From assembly GCA_020344315.1 (NCBI GenBank), contig CP070820.1, positions 237,763 to 301,762 on the forward strand: a DNA stretch of 64,000 nucleotides, read 5' to 3'. The position numbers and the translations under genes are program-made. This DNA comes from Candidatus Bathyarchaeum sp. Lineage in GTDB: Archaea; Thermoproteota; Bathyarchaeia; Bathyarchaeales; Bathyarchaeaceae. Below, piece by piece: positions 48,284 to 58,787 of this stretch; within the stretch, counting starts at the first letter, position 1; every line of letters begins with the position of its first letter. Under the pieces are notes generated by a model. The model was not told the origin of the DNA and made no database searches. It saw only the letters and a list, made by a program, of their open reading frames with translations.

Positions 48284-50715
48284 AAGCTTCTAAACTTTCG
48301 CCTAAATCCAACGAGGATATCCGCATTGGAGTTTATGTTTGTCACTGCGGAAAAAACATAGCCGGCTCAGTGGACTGTGCGGATGTAGCGGAATACGCTT
48401 CCACGCTTCCCCATGTAGTGCTTTCGAAGCACAACCTTTACACCTGCTCGGATCCAGGACAAGAAACAATCAAGAAAGACGTCAAGGAACATAACCTCAA
48501 CCGAGTTGTAGTAGCATCCTGCACTCCCCGACTTCACGAACCAACTTTCAGACGGACCTGCGAAGAGGCAGGGCTGAACAAGTATCTTTTCGAGATGGCT
48601 AACATTAGAGAACACTGCAGTTGGGTACACCTGTATGAACCAGAAAAGGCTACAGCGAAAGCCAAAGACCTAGTTCGCATGGCCGTCGCGAGGTCAGCCC
48701 TGATGGAACCACAGGAAGAGGCCGTTGTCCCGGTGACAAGAAAGGCGTTAGTCATTGGAGGAGGAGTTGCCGGTATTCAGGCCGCTCTTGATTTGGCAGA
48801 TACTGGCTACAAAGTCTACCTTGTGGAGAAGAGCCCCAGCATTGGTGGGAAAATGGCTCAGATCGATAAGACTTTCCCAACTATGGACTGTTCCATATGT
48901 ATCCTAGCGCCAAAAATGTCGGATGTAGGAAAACATCCAAACATCGAACTATTGACAAACAGTGAGGTTACCGAGGTTGGCGGATACATTGGAAACTTCA
49001 AAGTTAAGGTTCTGAAAAAGCCAACATATGTTACAAAGGATTGCACAGCCTGTGGCGATTGCGTTGACGTGTGCCCAGTGGAAATTCCCAACGAATTTGA
49101 GGTAGGACTTACGTGGCGAAAAGCAATCTACATCCCTTTTCCTCAGAGCGTTCCCGCACGTTATCTAATTGACGAGAAATGTTGTATTGGTCTCGGTGAG
49201 AATACTTGTGCAAAGTGTAAGGAAGTTTGTGGCCCTGATGCCATAATTTTCAATGACAAGGCGGAAGAAGTTGAGCTGAAAGTTGGGACAATTATTGTAG
49301 CCACTGGGTTAGATGTATTTGATCCAGTCTCCTTGATGGAGTATGGTTATCTTAGGTTTCCTAATACAATAACCTCGTTGGAATTTGAGCGGCTTATAAA
49401 CGCGGGGGGACCTACTGGAGGTCGTCTAGTCCGACCTAGTAATTTGCGTATTCCAAAAAAAGTTGCTTTCATACAATGTATAGGTTCTCGTTCTGAGAAG
49501 AGAGGCAACCCATACTGTAGCAACGTATGCTGCATGAATACTATAAAGGATGCATTACTCATCAAAGAACATTGGCCAGACGTCAAAATCTATGTTTTTT
49601 ACATAGACATACGAGCAATTGGAAAAGGCTTCGAAGACCTTTTTAGAAGAGCAAAAGAAGCAGGCGTCATCTTCATACGTGGATTGCCAGCTGAAATAAT
49701 TGAGGATAGAAAATCTAAGAACTTGTGGTTGGTTGGAGAAAATACTCTCGAGAAAGAAATATACACTATAAATGTGGGCATGGTGGTTCTATCCATCGGT
49801 CTTCGACCTAGAGATGACAGCGGAAAAGTTCAGCAGCTTTTAAGATTGTCAAAGACTTCAGATGGTTTCTTCATGGAAGCTCACCCGAAATTGAGGCCAG
49901 TAGATACCCCAACAGGAGGAGTCTTCCTTGCTGGTTGCGCAGAAGGTCCTAAAGACATCAAAGATAGCGTGACACAAGCAAGCGCCGCAGCAGCCCGTGC
50001 AGGCATTCTAATGGCTAAAGGAAAAGTTACTGTCGAAGCACTAACACCTAAGATGCTACCGGAAAAATGCATGGGATGCGGTTTGTGCGCCAGAGTCTGC
50101 CCCTATAACGCCATCACTGTGGATAAGGAGAAGAAAATTGCCAAAGTAGTTGAAGCGGCCTGTGCAGGATGCGGTACTTGTGGTGCAGAATGTTCCTTCA
50201 ACGCAATAGAGATGCGACACTTCACTGACGAGCAGATATATGCGCAGATAAACGCAGCAACAGAAAAAGATGCTGACAAGAAGATAATAGCTTTCTGTTG
50301 CAACTGGTGCTCCTATGCAGGAGCGGATTTTGCTGGAGTAAGTAGGATGCAGTATCCTCCGAGCGTCCGAATCATCCGAACCATGTGCTCAGGCAGGGTA
50401 TCAACAAAGTTTGTTGAAAGAGCTTTCTCCAGAGGAGCTGCAGCAGTGCTAGTTGCAGGCTGTCACCTCAATGATTGCCACTACATTAATGCCAATTACC
50501 AAACCAAGAAGCGGGTTGAAAAATTGTGGAAAAAAATGGAAAGGTTGGGTTTGGACAAAAATCGCCTCCAATTGGCATGGATAAGTGCAGCAGAAGGGGC
50601 GAAGTTTGCCTCAAAAATAAAGGAGATGCAAAGAATCGTTGAGGGCGCTACCAAAGAAGAAATCGAAAAAACTGTTGACCGTATGACCCCCAAAAAGTTG
50701 CAGGTAACAGCCTAG
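48280..50715 (+). CDS. hdrA: Heterodisulfide reductase subunit A fused to MvhD
   Basis: GVYVCHCG, CTPRLHE, ANIREHCSW, GGGVAG, KTFPTMDC, CSNVCC and PKDI motifs; C-terminal CCNWCSY.GAD, MCSGR and GCH..DCHY. Confidence 0.93.
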   Translation: MKASKLSPKSNEDIRIGVYVCHCGKNIAGSVDCADVAEYASTLPHVVLSKHNLYTCSDPGQETIKKDVKEHNLNRVVVASCTPRLHEPTFRRTCEEAGLNKYLFEMANIREHCSWVHLYEPEKATAKAKDLVRMAVARSALMEPQEEAVVPVTRKALVIGGGVAGIQAALDLADTGYKVYLVEKSPSIGGKMAQIDKTFPTMDCSICILAPKMSDVGKHPNIELLTNSEVTEVGGYIGNFKVKVLKKPTYVTKDCTACGDCVDVCPVEIPNEFEVGLTWRKAIYIPFPQSVPARYLIDEKCCIGLGENTCAKCKEVCGPDAIIFNDKAEEVELKVGTIIVATGLDVFDPVSLMEYGYLRFPNTITSLEFERLINAGGPTGGRLVRPSNLRIPKKVAFIQCIGSRSEKRGNPYCSNVCCMNTIKDALLIKEHWPDVKIYVFYIDIRAIGKGFEDLFRRAKEAGVIFIRGLPAEIIEDRKSKNLWLVGENTLEKEIYTINVGMVVLSIGLRPRDDSGKVQQLLRLSKTSDGFFMEAHPKLRPVDTPTGGVFLAGCAEGPKDIKDSVTQASAAAARAGILMAKGKVTVEALTPKMLPEKCMGCGLCARVCPYNAITVDKEKKIAKVVEAACAGCGTCGAECSFNAIEMRHFTDEQIYAQINAATEKDADKKIIAFCCNWCSYAGADFAGVSRMQYPPSVRIIRTMCSGRVSTKFVERAFSRGAAAVLVAGCHLNDCHYINANYQTKKRVEKLWKKMERLGLDKNRLQLAWISAAEGAKFASKIKEMQRIVEGATKEEIEKTVDRMTPKKLQVTA

Positions 50716-50744
50716 TTAGGAGGACATGACAACACCCAAGAAAG

Positions 50745-51719
50745 ATGTGGAAACAATGGTTGGTGAATAATTTGCGCGGGAATCCAATTAAATACGAAAA
50801 TTCACAAGAAATCAGGATAGAGAGAGAGTTTCTCACAAGAAAGTATCTTTTGCGCCTTAACAAGAACCTCTGCAATGGTTGTGGTTTATGCAGTAAAATC
50901 TGTCCCGAAGAGGCGATAAAGGAGGAACCACCCTTAGTTGTTAATGGGCATTTAGAAAAGAAGCCAACAATCGATTTTGACATCGATTCCTGTATCCTCT
51001 GTGGCGAATGTGCAGTACTGTGTCCCTTAAACGCCTTAGATATGGAGGTTGATGGAAAAGAAATCTCCACCTTTGTAAAAAATGAGGCATTTCCAGTCTT
51101 GTTGAAAGAAATTAACATTACAAAGGAAAAATGTGATCCAGAATGCGATGCCAAATGCCAAGAAGAGTGCCCTACAGAAGCAATCAGAGTAACCAAAAAA
51201 TCAGAGAAGGGACAAGACCGAATAACAAACGTGCAGATCACAGAATCACTTTGCTTTTATTGCAAACGCTGTGAGTTAGCCTGTGATCATGACGCAATAC
51301 AGGTTAGAAAACCCTTTAGGGGCAGCATTGAGTTGAATACAGATCTCTGTCCTGAAGGATGCATGGCTTGTGCCGAAATATGTCCCACTCACACGATTCA
51401 AATTGAAAATGACAAACCTCAGGTCTTCAGTGAGTTTTGCATCTTCTGTTCTGCATGCCAAAAAGTCTGTCCAAATCAAGCAATCGATGTAAGCAGAGAT
51501 TGGATATTTCACACTGATGTCACAGCGGCAGCTTGGCTAACAGCCTTAAAGAAACTGACCTCTGTTAAGACTGTTGCAAAGGAACTCAGGATCAAATCTG
51601 GACAGAGAAGAACATCGACTGTTCGAGGGAGAGAGAGACAATTACATTTAAAGTCTGAGCAACCTAACTCCGACCAAGCGGAAGCGTTTCTAAAAATTCT
51701 AAACAAGTATAAGAAATGA
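50745..51719 (+). CDS. Polyferredoxin (FwdF/MvhB-like)
   Basis: Six CxxCxxCxxxC-type motifs; CILCGECAVLCP..AL as in FwdF. Confidence 0.85.
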   Translation: MWKQWLVNNLRGNPIKYENSQEIRIEREFLTRKYLLRLNKNLCNGCGLCSKICPEEAIKEEPPLVVNGHLEKKPTIDFDIDSCILCGECAVLCPLNALDMEVDGKEISTFVKNEAFPVLLKEINITKEKCDPECDAKCQEECPTEAIRVTKKSEKGQDRITNVQITESLCFYCKRCELACDHDAIQVRKPFRGSIELNTDLCPEGCMACAEICPTHTIQIENDKPQVFSEFCIFCSACQKVCPNQAIDVSRDWIFHTDVTAAAWLTALKKLTSVKTVAKELRIKSGQRRTSTVRGRERQLHLKSEQPNSDQAEAFLKILNKYKK

Positions 51720-51933
51720 CACTATCCTGCAAAATCTAATATGTGTGTACACAGGATTTCTTAGCAGGATCAACCTACAATTTACCCAAATCGCGTAATG
51801 AGATGCTCTTTGTTACTTATCGTTTTCGCGTGCATTAAAGGGGGAATGTTTTTTATGTGTTTAGGTTAGGGTAAACTGTGCAGAAATAGTGAGTGCTGAT
51901 TGTAGCCTCTGGAACATAAAGGTTAAAATCAGC

Positions 51934-52470
51934 TTAATTTTCTCGCCTTTTCGCAAAACCGGATCTTCTGTATTCCAAGATTTTAAGTGAAGCAGAAATA
52001 ATTAGGACCAATAAAGACAAGGAGATAGCTATGTAATTAATAGTAGAAGCTGGAAATGGTAATCCCCTTGGTCTCCCTTGTAGATATGAAATTAACATAA
52101 AAAGATCAGTGGCCATATCAAGAAAACCTGATGAAAGAACAAAAACTGCATAAGCTTCAATTAAAGGCCAGACTAAGATAATCATCAAATTAACGATGGA
52201 TGCATGCGTGTCATCCTCTATTTTACTCATTAGAAATAGTAGAATTAATGGAAAGATGATTACACCGATGAAGTGCATTAAGCCGATTATTGCTCCTCCC
52301 CAAAGTAGACCGTACGTCTCGAAGATTTCTCGTGTTAACTTTACTGTTTCACCAACATCCCAGTGTGTCATCCCAAAAACTGTGAAGATTACTGCAAGCA
52401 GTGAAAAGATGAAGGCTAAGATGCAGATCGCTATTATGAACTTTTCCCGGCGGGTTTTTAAGAATTTCAA
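51934..52470 (-). CDS. Hypothetical membrane protein (about 4 TM)
   Basis: Hydrophobic segments over 178 aa. Confidence 0.65.
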   Translation of the reverse strand: MKFLKTRREKFIIAICILAFIFSLLAVIFTVFGMTHWDVGETVKLTREIFETYGLLWGGAIIGLMHFIGVIIFPLILLFLMSKIEDDTHASIVNLMIILVWPLIEAYAVFVLSSGFLDMATDLFMLISYLQGRPRGLPFPASTINYIAISLSLLVLIISASLKILEYRRSGFAKRREN

Positions 52471-52600
52471 GTCATCTTAGAATAGTCGAAATATAATAAG
52501 ACTTTAACTCAATTTCCTGAAAACTTACTATATCAAAATTTAAGTGACCTTTGCAGTAAAGTTGACTTAGAATTTAGCAGTCTACAACAGAAAGGGTAGG

Positions 52601-53061
52601 CTAGAGACTAGCTGTTTCTTTAACTATTAATACTGGGCATGGTGCTTCATCAGCAACTCTATCACTGATGCTTCCCAAAACGAATCCTTTAATTCCACCT
52701 AAGCCTCTGCTTCCAATAACTATAAGATCAAATGCGCCTTCTTTAGCAGTTTCAACTATCCTTTCAGCTGCCCTCCCTTGCACCAGTTTTTTGAAACTTT
52801 CACTCCTGCTTCAACGTTCTTCACCTTCTTGAGAGCTTCAGAAAGGACCTTCTCATGAAAAACCCTGAGCTCCTCTAGATATTTGACTGTGCTAGTAGGA
52901 GCAAATACAATTCCCGGAGCTACTAAAGAAACTGATGGAGCATCAAACACGCTTATTAGCACAATCTCTGCCGAATATTTTGTAGCCAAATCGAGAGCAA
53001 AATCCAAAGTCCTATCTGCCAACTTGGAACCATCAAGAGCTACAAGAATTTTTTTAAACAA
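52601..53061 (-). pseudogene. Universal stress protein split by a -1 frameshift at TCA-AAA-AAC
   Basis: The N-half (KKILVALDGS) and C-half (DLIVIGSRG.G......LGS.S..V...A.CPVLIV) join with one extra A. Confidence 0.85.
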
Positions 53062-53140
53062 CCGCCTTCACCGCTTAAAGTATCTTAATCTACTCGTATA
53101 TGGCTTTTGAAAAAGCAGTCGGGTGTCCTCTACCAAGTTG

Positions 53141-54241
53141 CTATGGCAGTTCTGGTTGTGTTGGTTTTGTGGGGGGTTGTTTTGGCCTTCGTAAGCTGCT
53201 AATCTTGCCGATGAGCCATGTTTCGGATATGAAGACTAGAGACAGGTAGATGAACATCCAAGCGATAAAAAAGAATTCTCCGTAAAACTCATGGAACAGT
53301 TTAGCTGGTGAGCCTCCACCATTGATTCCTATTACATAAATCGCTACTATCCGCAGGATGTTAACGAAAAATGTTCCAGCCGCACCTACCACAACATAGA
53401 TTACCTTTCTCATGCGGGATATGCTGGTGCCTCTGAGGAACAGCATAATCATAAATGAATATAAGAAGAGACTGTGGCTCCCTGCACAAGACCATGCAAT
53501 AACAGCCGAATAGGGTTCTCCGCTTGCCCCCGTGACCGTGAGCTGTAGTCCCGTGTCGCCAGCGGGGAATGTTTGCGTATTATACCCAAGAAAATTCAAG
53601 ATGACAACAACTCCAGATGTGGTAATCGGAACAAGGAACTGCAGAGCCGTGAAGGTGCCGTTTGGATAGAATGTGTCAATCATATAGAAGAGGCCTACAC
53701 CCCCAATAAAGACTGACGAGACGGAGAAACTCTTTAGCCCCCGAAACCCATACAAAAGCCAAATCGAGGTTATGAAGAATGCTGTGAAGAGTATATACTC
53801 AAAGGAGAAAGGCCAAGAATGTGTCAAATACCATGTATCGCCATTTATAATGGGCACGCCAACGGCTTCTCCAAGCTTCACTATTCCGGCATGTAAACCG
53901 AAACTCAAACCCACTGCGTACAATGTGGGCAAAATCATTATTACTGCAGTTAGCACTCTTTTTTTGGTCCAACCTGTGGGGCGTTCTGTTTTGAGTTTTT
54001 TCCATCCGAGGATTGCCTCCAAGAAAAGCAACCAAATAAAGAGAAAGTACGGCGCTCTGCCCTTCCAGAGAGCGTTGAAAGAGATGTCACCATAAGGAAC
54101 GAAGCAATAAATTATCAAAAGCGGCGCAACGAAAGCCGAAAAAATGAGGATGTTCAGCATAAGAAAAGAACGGTCAATTCCGGAAAGAAACCTCTTTATC
54201 TGTTCTATTGAAGGAATGACCATGTTGGTTGCGCCTTGCAA
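53141..54241 (-). CDS. Archaeosortase/exosortase family protein (thaumarchaeosortase-like)
   Basis: Catalytic WSCAG, N.LRI and FHE residues; WKGR, EY..F and IDT.YP motifs; multi-TM. Confidence 0.82.
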   Translation of the reverse strand: MQGATNMVIPSIEQIKRFLSGIDRSFLMLNILIFSAFVAPLLIIYCFVPYGDISFNALWKGRAPYFLFIWLLFLEAILGWKKLKTERPTGWTKKRVLTAVIMILPTLYAVGLSFGLHAGIVKLGEAVGVPIINGDTWYLTHSWPFSFEYILFTAFFITSIWLLYGFRGLKSFSVSSVFIGGVGLFYMIDTFYPNGTFTALQFLVPITTSGVVVILNFLGYNTQTFPAGDTGLQLTVTGASGEPYSAVIAWSCAGSHSLFLYSFMIMLFLRGTSISRMRKVIYVVVGAAGTFFVNILRIVAIYVIGINGGGSPAKLFHEFYGEFFFIAWMFIYLSLVFISETWLIGKISSLRRPKQPPTKPTQPELP

Positions 54242-54331
54242 ATCAATTGACTAGTTATTTACCGTTACAAAGGACACCCTTAAACTTTGCCAATTCGAAA
54301 TAACTTAAACACGGCACTATTCACTAAAAGC

Positions 54332-54748
54332 TTACTTTTTCGACTTCTCTACAGAATCTTCGTTCTCCTTGAAACTGAGAGATATCGAATTTAAGCAAAA
54401 ACGTTGACCCGTAGGTTTTGGTCCGTCGTTGAAAACGTGCCCAAGGTGCCCACCACACTTCTTGCATAATACTTCGGTTCTACGCATTCCGAAGCGGTTA
54501 TCAGGTTTTTCTTCGATGTTGTCCTTGGAAACTGGAGCCCAGAAACTGGGCCATCCTGTGCCAGAATCAAACTTTGTATCTGAAGAAAACAATTTGCTTC
54601 CGCAACCAGCGCATACATAGGTCCCTTTTTTCTTGTTTTTCAGATATTTTCCGGTAAAAGCTGGTTCGGTTCCCTTTTCCCTCAGCACATGGAACTCTTC
54701 TGAGGAAAGAATCTCCTTCCACTCCTCTTCTGATTTAATTGCTTTCAC
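54332..54748 (-). CDS. msrB: Peptide-methionine (R)-S-oxide reductase
   Basis: GTE.AF.G, KFDSG.GWPSF, HLGHVF.DGP and RFCLNS motifs. Confidence 0.96.
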   Translation of the reverse strand: MKAIKSEEEWKEILSSEEFHVLREKGTEPAFTGKYLKNKKKGTYVCAGCGSKLFSSDTKFDSGTGWPSFWAPVSKDNIEEKPDNRFGMRRTEVLCKKCGGHLGHVFNDGPKPTGQRFCLNSISLSFKENEDSVEKSKK

Positions 54749-54881
54749 ATCCTCCCTAAAAATTCAATTTTAAAAACTGAGATATCTCACAGATTGTTTT
54801 TCTCTGAAAATCTTATATCAACTGTTTCCTAAAAACCTATATCAAAATTCGATTGATTAAGAACCTACAAACATCGGATCT

Positions 54882-55301
54882 GTGATAATAATGGCTGCGA
54901 GAGGATTTGATTTGCCTGCTTCTTTCAAAGGAAGATATCTCGGCGTTCTAATCTTGGTACTTGCACAATTTTTGGTGGGTGCAGTTCACGCAGTCATAGG
55001 TTTGGGTCTCATCTTTGGCATGCCTGGCGAATTTGGTTATAGCATTTACACATTTCTCTATGGAATCATTACCGTAATTTTCGGATATGGCATATGGGGA
55101 GGCAGAAGATCGGGGTGGGTAGGCACCATCTTTGTAGCCCTCTTCGTTATTGTTGTGGATGTTTTCACAGTTCTGAATGTGTCCCTAATAGCTGGGGTCC
55201 CAAGAAGTGCCGCATTTGGTGAAATCTTCTACAGCCTTGTGGTTTTACTATATCTCCTTCAACCAAAAATCATACACGAATTCCTAAATTTTCGAAATTA
55301 G
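54882..55301 (+). CDS. Hypothetical four-TM membrane protein
   Basis: Four hydrophobic helices; YGIW...R.GW and YL..P motifs. Confidence 0.7.
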   Translation: MIIMAARGFDLPASFKGRYLGVLILVLAQFLVGAVHAVIGLGLIFGMPGEFGYSIYTFLYGIITVIFGYGIWGGRRSGWVGTIFVALFVIVVDVFTVLNVSLIAGVPRSAAFGEIFYSLVVLLYLLQPKIIHEFLNFRN

Positions 55302-55339
55302 ATAAGTTTAAATTGGGGGAATAGGGTTTTTACGAACAG

Positions 55340-57151
55340 ATGAATTTCAAGTATTTCAAAACACTACTCTTGGTTATCAACGTTCTGTTGCTGATTTTGA
55401 TCTTACCCCCCAAATCGTTTTCAAGCGACTATAGCCCTGTTTATACATTTCACATTAAATTTGGACCTATACCATTTAGCCACAAATTGCATACTTCGGT
55501 ACCCCCTTCGCTCTACAATCACTATCAAACTCAAAATCACAACACGTATGCCTATAGGGATTATTCAAAATTTGTAACGCCCAATGTAGTCAAATCCATT
55601 GCTGAAAACATACAAAACATTACACGTAATAAGCCATACAGTGATGAAGTTTTCGCCAACGCCGTATTGGAAATTGTTCATCAAATCCCTTACAACAAAA
55701 GCAAAGCAAAGTATCCGGCAGAGACTATAGTAGAAAACTCAGGAGATTGCGATGGGCTATCACTTGTAGCTGCCTCAATAATGAAAGCGGGAGACCTAGA
55801 TGTTGTCTTATTTATCTACCCGACTTATCCTGTCAGCCACATGAACATTGGAGTCCATTTATCACATGAACCCATCTATCACACGCGTGGAATTGAACCC
55901 ACCAATTATGAATACAACGGCAAAAAATACTATACAGCTGAAACAACCTCCGGAACAGATTGGAAAGTGGGCGATCAACCTAAGTGTTACAGGAGTATTG
56001 AACCGTGTATAATTTCCCTTGAGAATTGTGAAACAGCATCACCTGGAGAAGTCTCATCAAGTCTGGGCAGTCCCTTAATTCCCTCTTCTATATCACTCAG
56101 TCTAATTCCAGAAACTTCAAATGCCAGCGAAGAAGGAAACACAATCAAGATTTCAGGTTCAATTCTACCAGTATACGCAGAACAACAAGTCACAATATAC
56201 ATAAATCATCAAGAATCGTCTCGACACGATGTCTTCATGACAGTTACTACAGATCATTTAGGTAACTACTCGTTGACTTGGAACTTCAACACAACAGGAA
56301 CTTATACTATCCAATCAAGCTGGAATGGTGTCCATAATTACGCGGGTTCAGACAGCGAAAAACTCACAGTTCATGTTGGGTTAAATCAGCTGTTGGATCA
56401 ATATGAGGTTGTTAACTCTTGGTGGGTTGGATCTGAAGTCATACAAACAACCGCCTTGAGTAAAGCGGGTGCCTGCATCCTTAGTAATTATGGGGTCATA
56501 GAATTTCTTGAAAAGAATTTTACTGAAACAGGGGTCTTGCTTAGCAGCGAATTTATTATACTGGGGAACGAAGAAGATATATCGAGAAGTGAGCAAATAA
56601 TTACAATACCCGAGCAAACAACAGTAATACCGAGCTATGAGGAAAAAATGGATAATCACCTCGAATTTATGCTGAGACGAAACGGCCATAATAATTATAG
56701 TGCAAGCGTAAGATTGTTGGACGACTCAGATATATCTCAAATATCCAATAAATCTGGTCCTATGTTTGTTAATGCTTCCGAGTATGTGAGAGAAAACACG
56801 TGGTATAACCTTGAAACAAAAATATCTGAGGATCTGATAATAGCCAATTTATTCGAGGAAAACATAACTCATCTAAGCGAGACAGTGCCCATAAGTAACA
56901 ATACAGGCATCTGCGAATTTAGAATTCTGATGAAATATGACCCAGACTCGCTAATAGTCTTTAAAAGCTTAGAAGCCGAAATCCCTGATCAGCCTACCCA
57001 ATTAGTAGAAGGCAACAATCCAAACATTCTCGAATTGTTGGCGCCTCACATTGGAATGTACTTGTTTGAATTGGCAATAATTTTGGCTGTGGCTATTCCA
57101 ATATTAATCTGCGCTAGAAAAAGAAGAAAATTGGATGCTTGTAGAACGTAA
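55340..57151 (+). CDS. Secreted transglutaminase-like protein with Ig-like domain and C-terminal anchor
   Basis: Signal peptide; YP.ET....GDCD (Cys), HM..G (His), Y..AETT; C-terminal TM then RKRRK. Confidence 0.75.
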   Translation: MNFKYFKTLLLVINVLLLILILPPKSFSSDYSPVYTFHIKFGPIPFSHKLHTSVPPSLYNHYQTQNHNTYAYRDYSKFVTPNVVKSIAENIQNITRNKPYSDEVFANAVLEIVHQIPYNKSKAKYPAETIVENSGDCDGLSLVAASIMKAGDLDVVLFIYPTYPVSHMNIGVHLSHEPIYHTRGIEPTNYEYNGKKYYTAETTSGTDWKVGDQPKCYRSIEPCIISLENCETASPGEVSSSLGSPLIPSSISLSLIPETSNASEEGNTIKISGSILPVYAEQQVTIYINHQESSRHDVFMTVTTDHLGNYSLTWNFNTTGTYTIQSSWNGVHNYAGSDSEKLTVHVGLNQLLDQYEVVNSWWVGSEVIQTTALSKAGACILSNYGVIEFLEKNFTETGVLLSSEFIILGNEEDISRSEQIITIPEQTTVIPSYEEKMDNHLEFMLRRNGHNNYSASVRLLDDSDISQISNKSGPMFVNASEYVRENTWYNLETKISEDLIIANLFEENITHLSETVPISNNTGICEFRILMKYDPDSLIVFKSLEAEIPDQPTQLVEGNNPNILELLAPHIGMYLFELAIILAVAIPILICARKRRKLDACRT

Positions 57152-57339
57152 AGCTAACAGTTCAGAAAGTAGAGCTTGAAATAAGCTGATGATGCACTAT
57201 TTTCTCAATTGTTTTCGTCAAATCGGTAAACACGTATTTATTTCTGTTGGAACATTAATTATTGTGCCGGATGACGAGAAGGCATTAGGTTGACGCATTA
57301 GGATGAAATCTCAGAGTTACTCCGACGGCACACTAACTT

Positions 57340-57510
57340 CTAAAAAGTATCTCGGGGTATCATTGTCCACACTAGAATTAACCCGGTTAACAATTGCACG
57401 CCTACAAAGCCGAAGTTGAGCGGAAAGGGAGTTACTGCAAATATCCAGATGGAAAAGATTATCCACATGAACGCGAGCCACATCAACAGAATCTTATTTG
57501 AAACTCTCAT
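57340..57510 (-). CDS. 56 aa two-TM small membrane protein (absent from the ORF track)
   Basis: MRVSNKILLMWLAFMWIIFSIWIFAVTPFPLNFGFVGVQLLTGLILVWTMIPRDTF*; AGGTGA upstream. Confidence 0.55.
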   Translation of the reverse strand: MRVSNKILLMWLAFMWIIFSIWIFAVTPFPLNFGFVGVQLLTGLILVWTMIPRDTF

Positions 57511-57722
57511 TTTTCATCCGTTGTCACCTTGTCTATGTTGAATAAAAAAAGCCTATGACCAGAGAATATTGACTCTGAATATTGACTAGAAAAAAGCAGA
57601 GTTGGGTCTTCTGGAAATTTATGTCCCTTCGTTGTATTTATCCAAACAGTTTTTCAAGAAATATATATTTGATGATCTCATATATACGTAACTCGCTTAA
57701 GGATTAGTTGAAGGGATGAAAT

Positions 57723-58739
57723 ATGGATCAACGCAAAATCATGTCTCTCGGAAGATCCTCACTAGTTATCTCTCTGCCCAAACACTGGACGAAACTGAAC
57801 GAATTAAAGCAAGGTGATGTTGTTTCTTTAGCCATTCAACGAGACCGTTCTTTAGCCATTTTCCCGGGAACAGGAAGTAAAAAAGGTGCCAAAGAAATAA
57901 GTCTTCATATAGATCCAGCTGAGAAAGCAAAAACCATTAAGCGGAATATCATTGCGTGCTACTTGAATGGATACTCAAGCATCAAACTTTTTTCAAAAGA
58001 CATCTTTCCTATTTTCCAGCAAAAGGCGATCCGCAACATAGTACGGATACTTTATATGCGAATAATGGCGTGCGACGCTAAGAGCATGCATATAGTAACG
58101 TTTATGGATGAAACCCAAGCCTCTGTGACTTCAGGAATACAGCGGATGCATATTCTCTCAACTTCGTTGTTTCAAGACGTGTTAACTGCATTAAGGAATC
58201 AAGATCCGCTATTAGCAAAGACAGCCTTCCAATTAGATGACGATGTCGATCACTTCTCTTTTTTCATGCTACGTTTAGTCAAAAGAGCAGCCCTAGATCC
58301 AGCATTGGCAAATAAACTGGATATAGAGATAGGTGACTGTCTTGATTATCAAACTTTTATCCACCGAATCGAACAAGTAGCCGATTACGCCACCAAAATA
58401 GCAAAAAACCTAGTGCAGCTAAGCGCAGAAAAACTAAAAATCTCTGAACCACTGATTAAACTAATGGTAACTGCAGGCAAGAATGCAAATGCACTCTATG
58501 ACCAAGCAGTTCAGGGTTTTTTTTCGAATGACGCTGAAACAGCTAAAGAAATAATTGAACGCGGAAAATTCATTGACAAATCTGATAAAGAAATTGCGAC
58601 TTGGGCTTTTTTACATGAAAAGAGAAACCCAGTCATAATCTGTACAACATGTTCCATACGTGAAAGTATAAAAAGAATAGCGGAAATTGGACGTGAGATA
58701 GCACTCTATACGATCCATCGTTCTTTTAAGCCAAAATAG
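57723..58739 (+). CDS. Archaeal PhoU-family regulator with N-terminal AbrB domain
   Basis: RK....G.SS..ISLPK.W, I.A.YL.GY, DD.VD and IE..AD.A..IA motifs. Confidence 0.88.
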   Translation: MDQRKIMSLGRSSLVISLPKHWTKLNELKQGDVVSLAIQRDRSLAIFPGTGSKKGAKEISLHIDPAEKAKTIKRNIIACYLNGYSSIKLFSKDIFPIFQQKAIRNIVRILYMRIMACDAKSMHIVTFMDETQASVTSGIQRMHILSTSLFQDVLTALRNQDPLLAKTAFQLDDDVDHFSFFMLRLVKRAALDPALANKLDIEIGDCLDYQTFIHRIEQVADYATKIAKNLVQLSAEKLKISEPLIKLMVTAGKNANALYDQAVQGFFSNDAETAKEIIERGKFIDKSDKEIATWAFLHEKRNPVIICTTCSIRESIKRIAEIGREIALYTIHRSFKPK

Positions 58740-58787
58740 GGTTTTGTAGCCCCTAACCTTTAGGGGCTAACTTCTCTTAACTCAAAG

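Noticed and set aside
48280-50715. Selenocysteine in HdrA/MvhD
   Set aside because: The frame is open and has Cys at the relevant positions, with no in-frame TGA.
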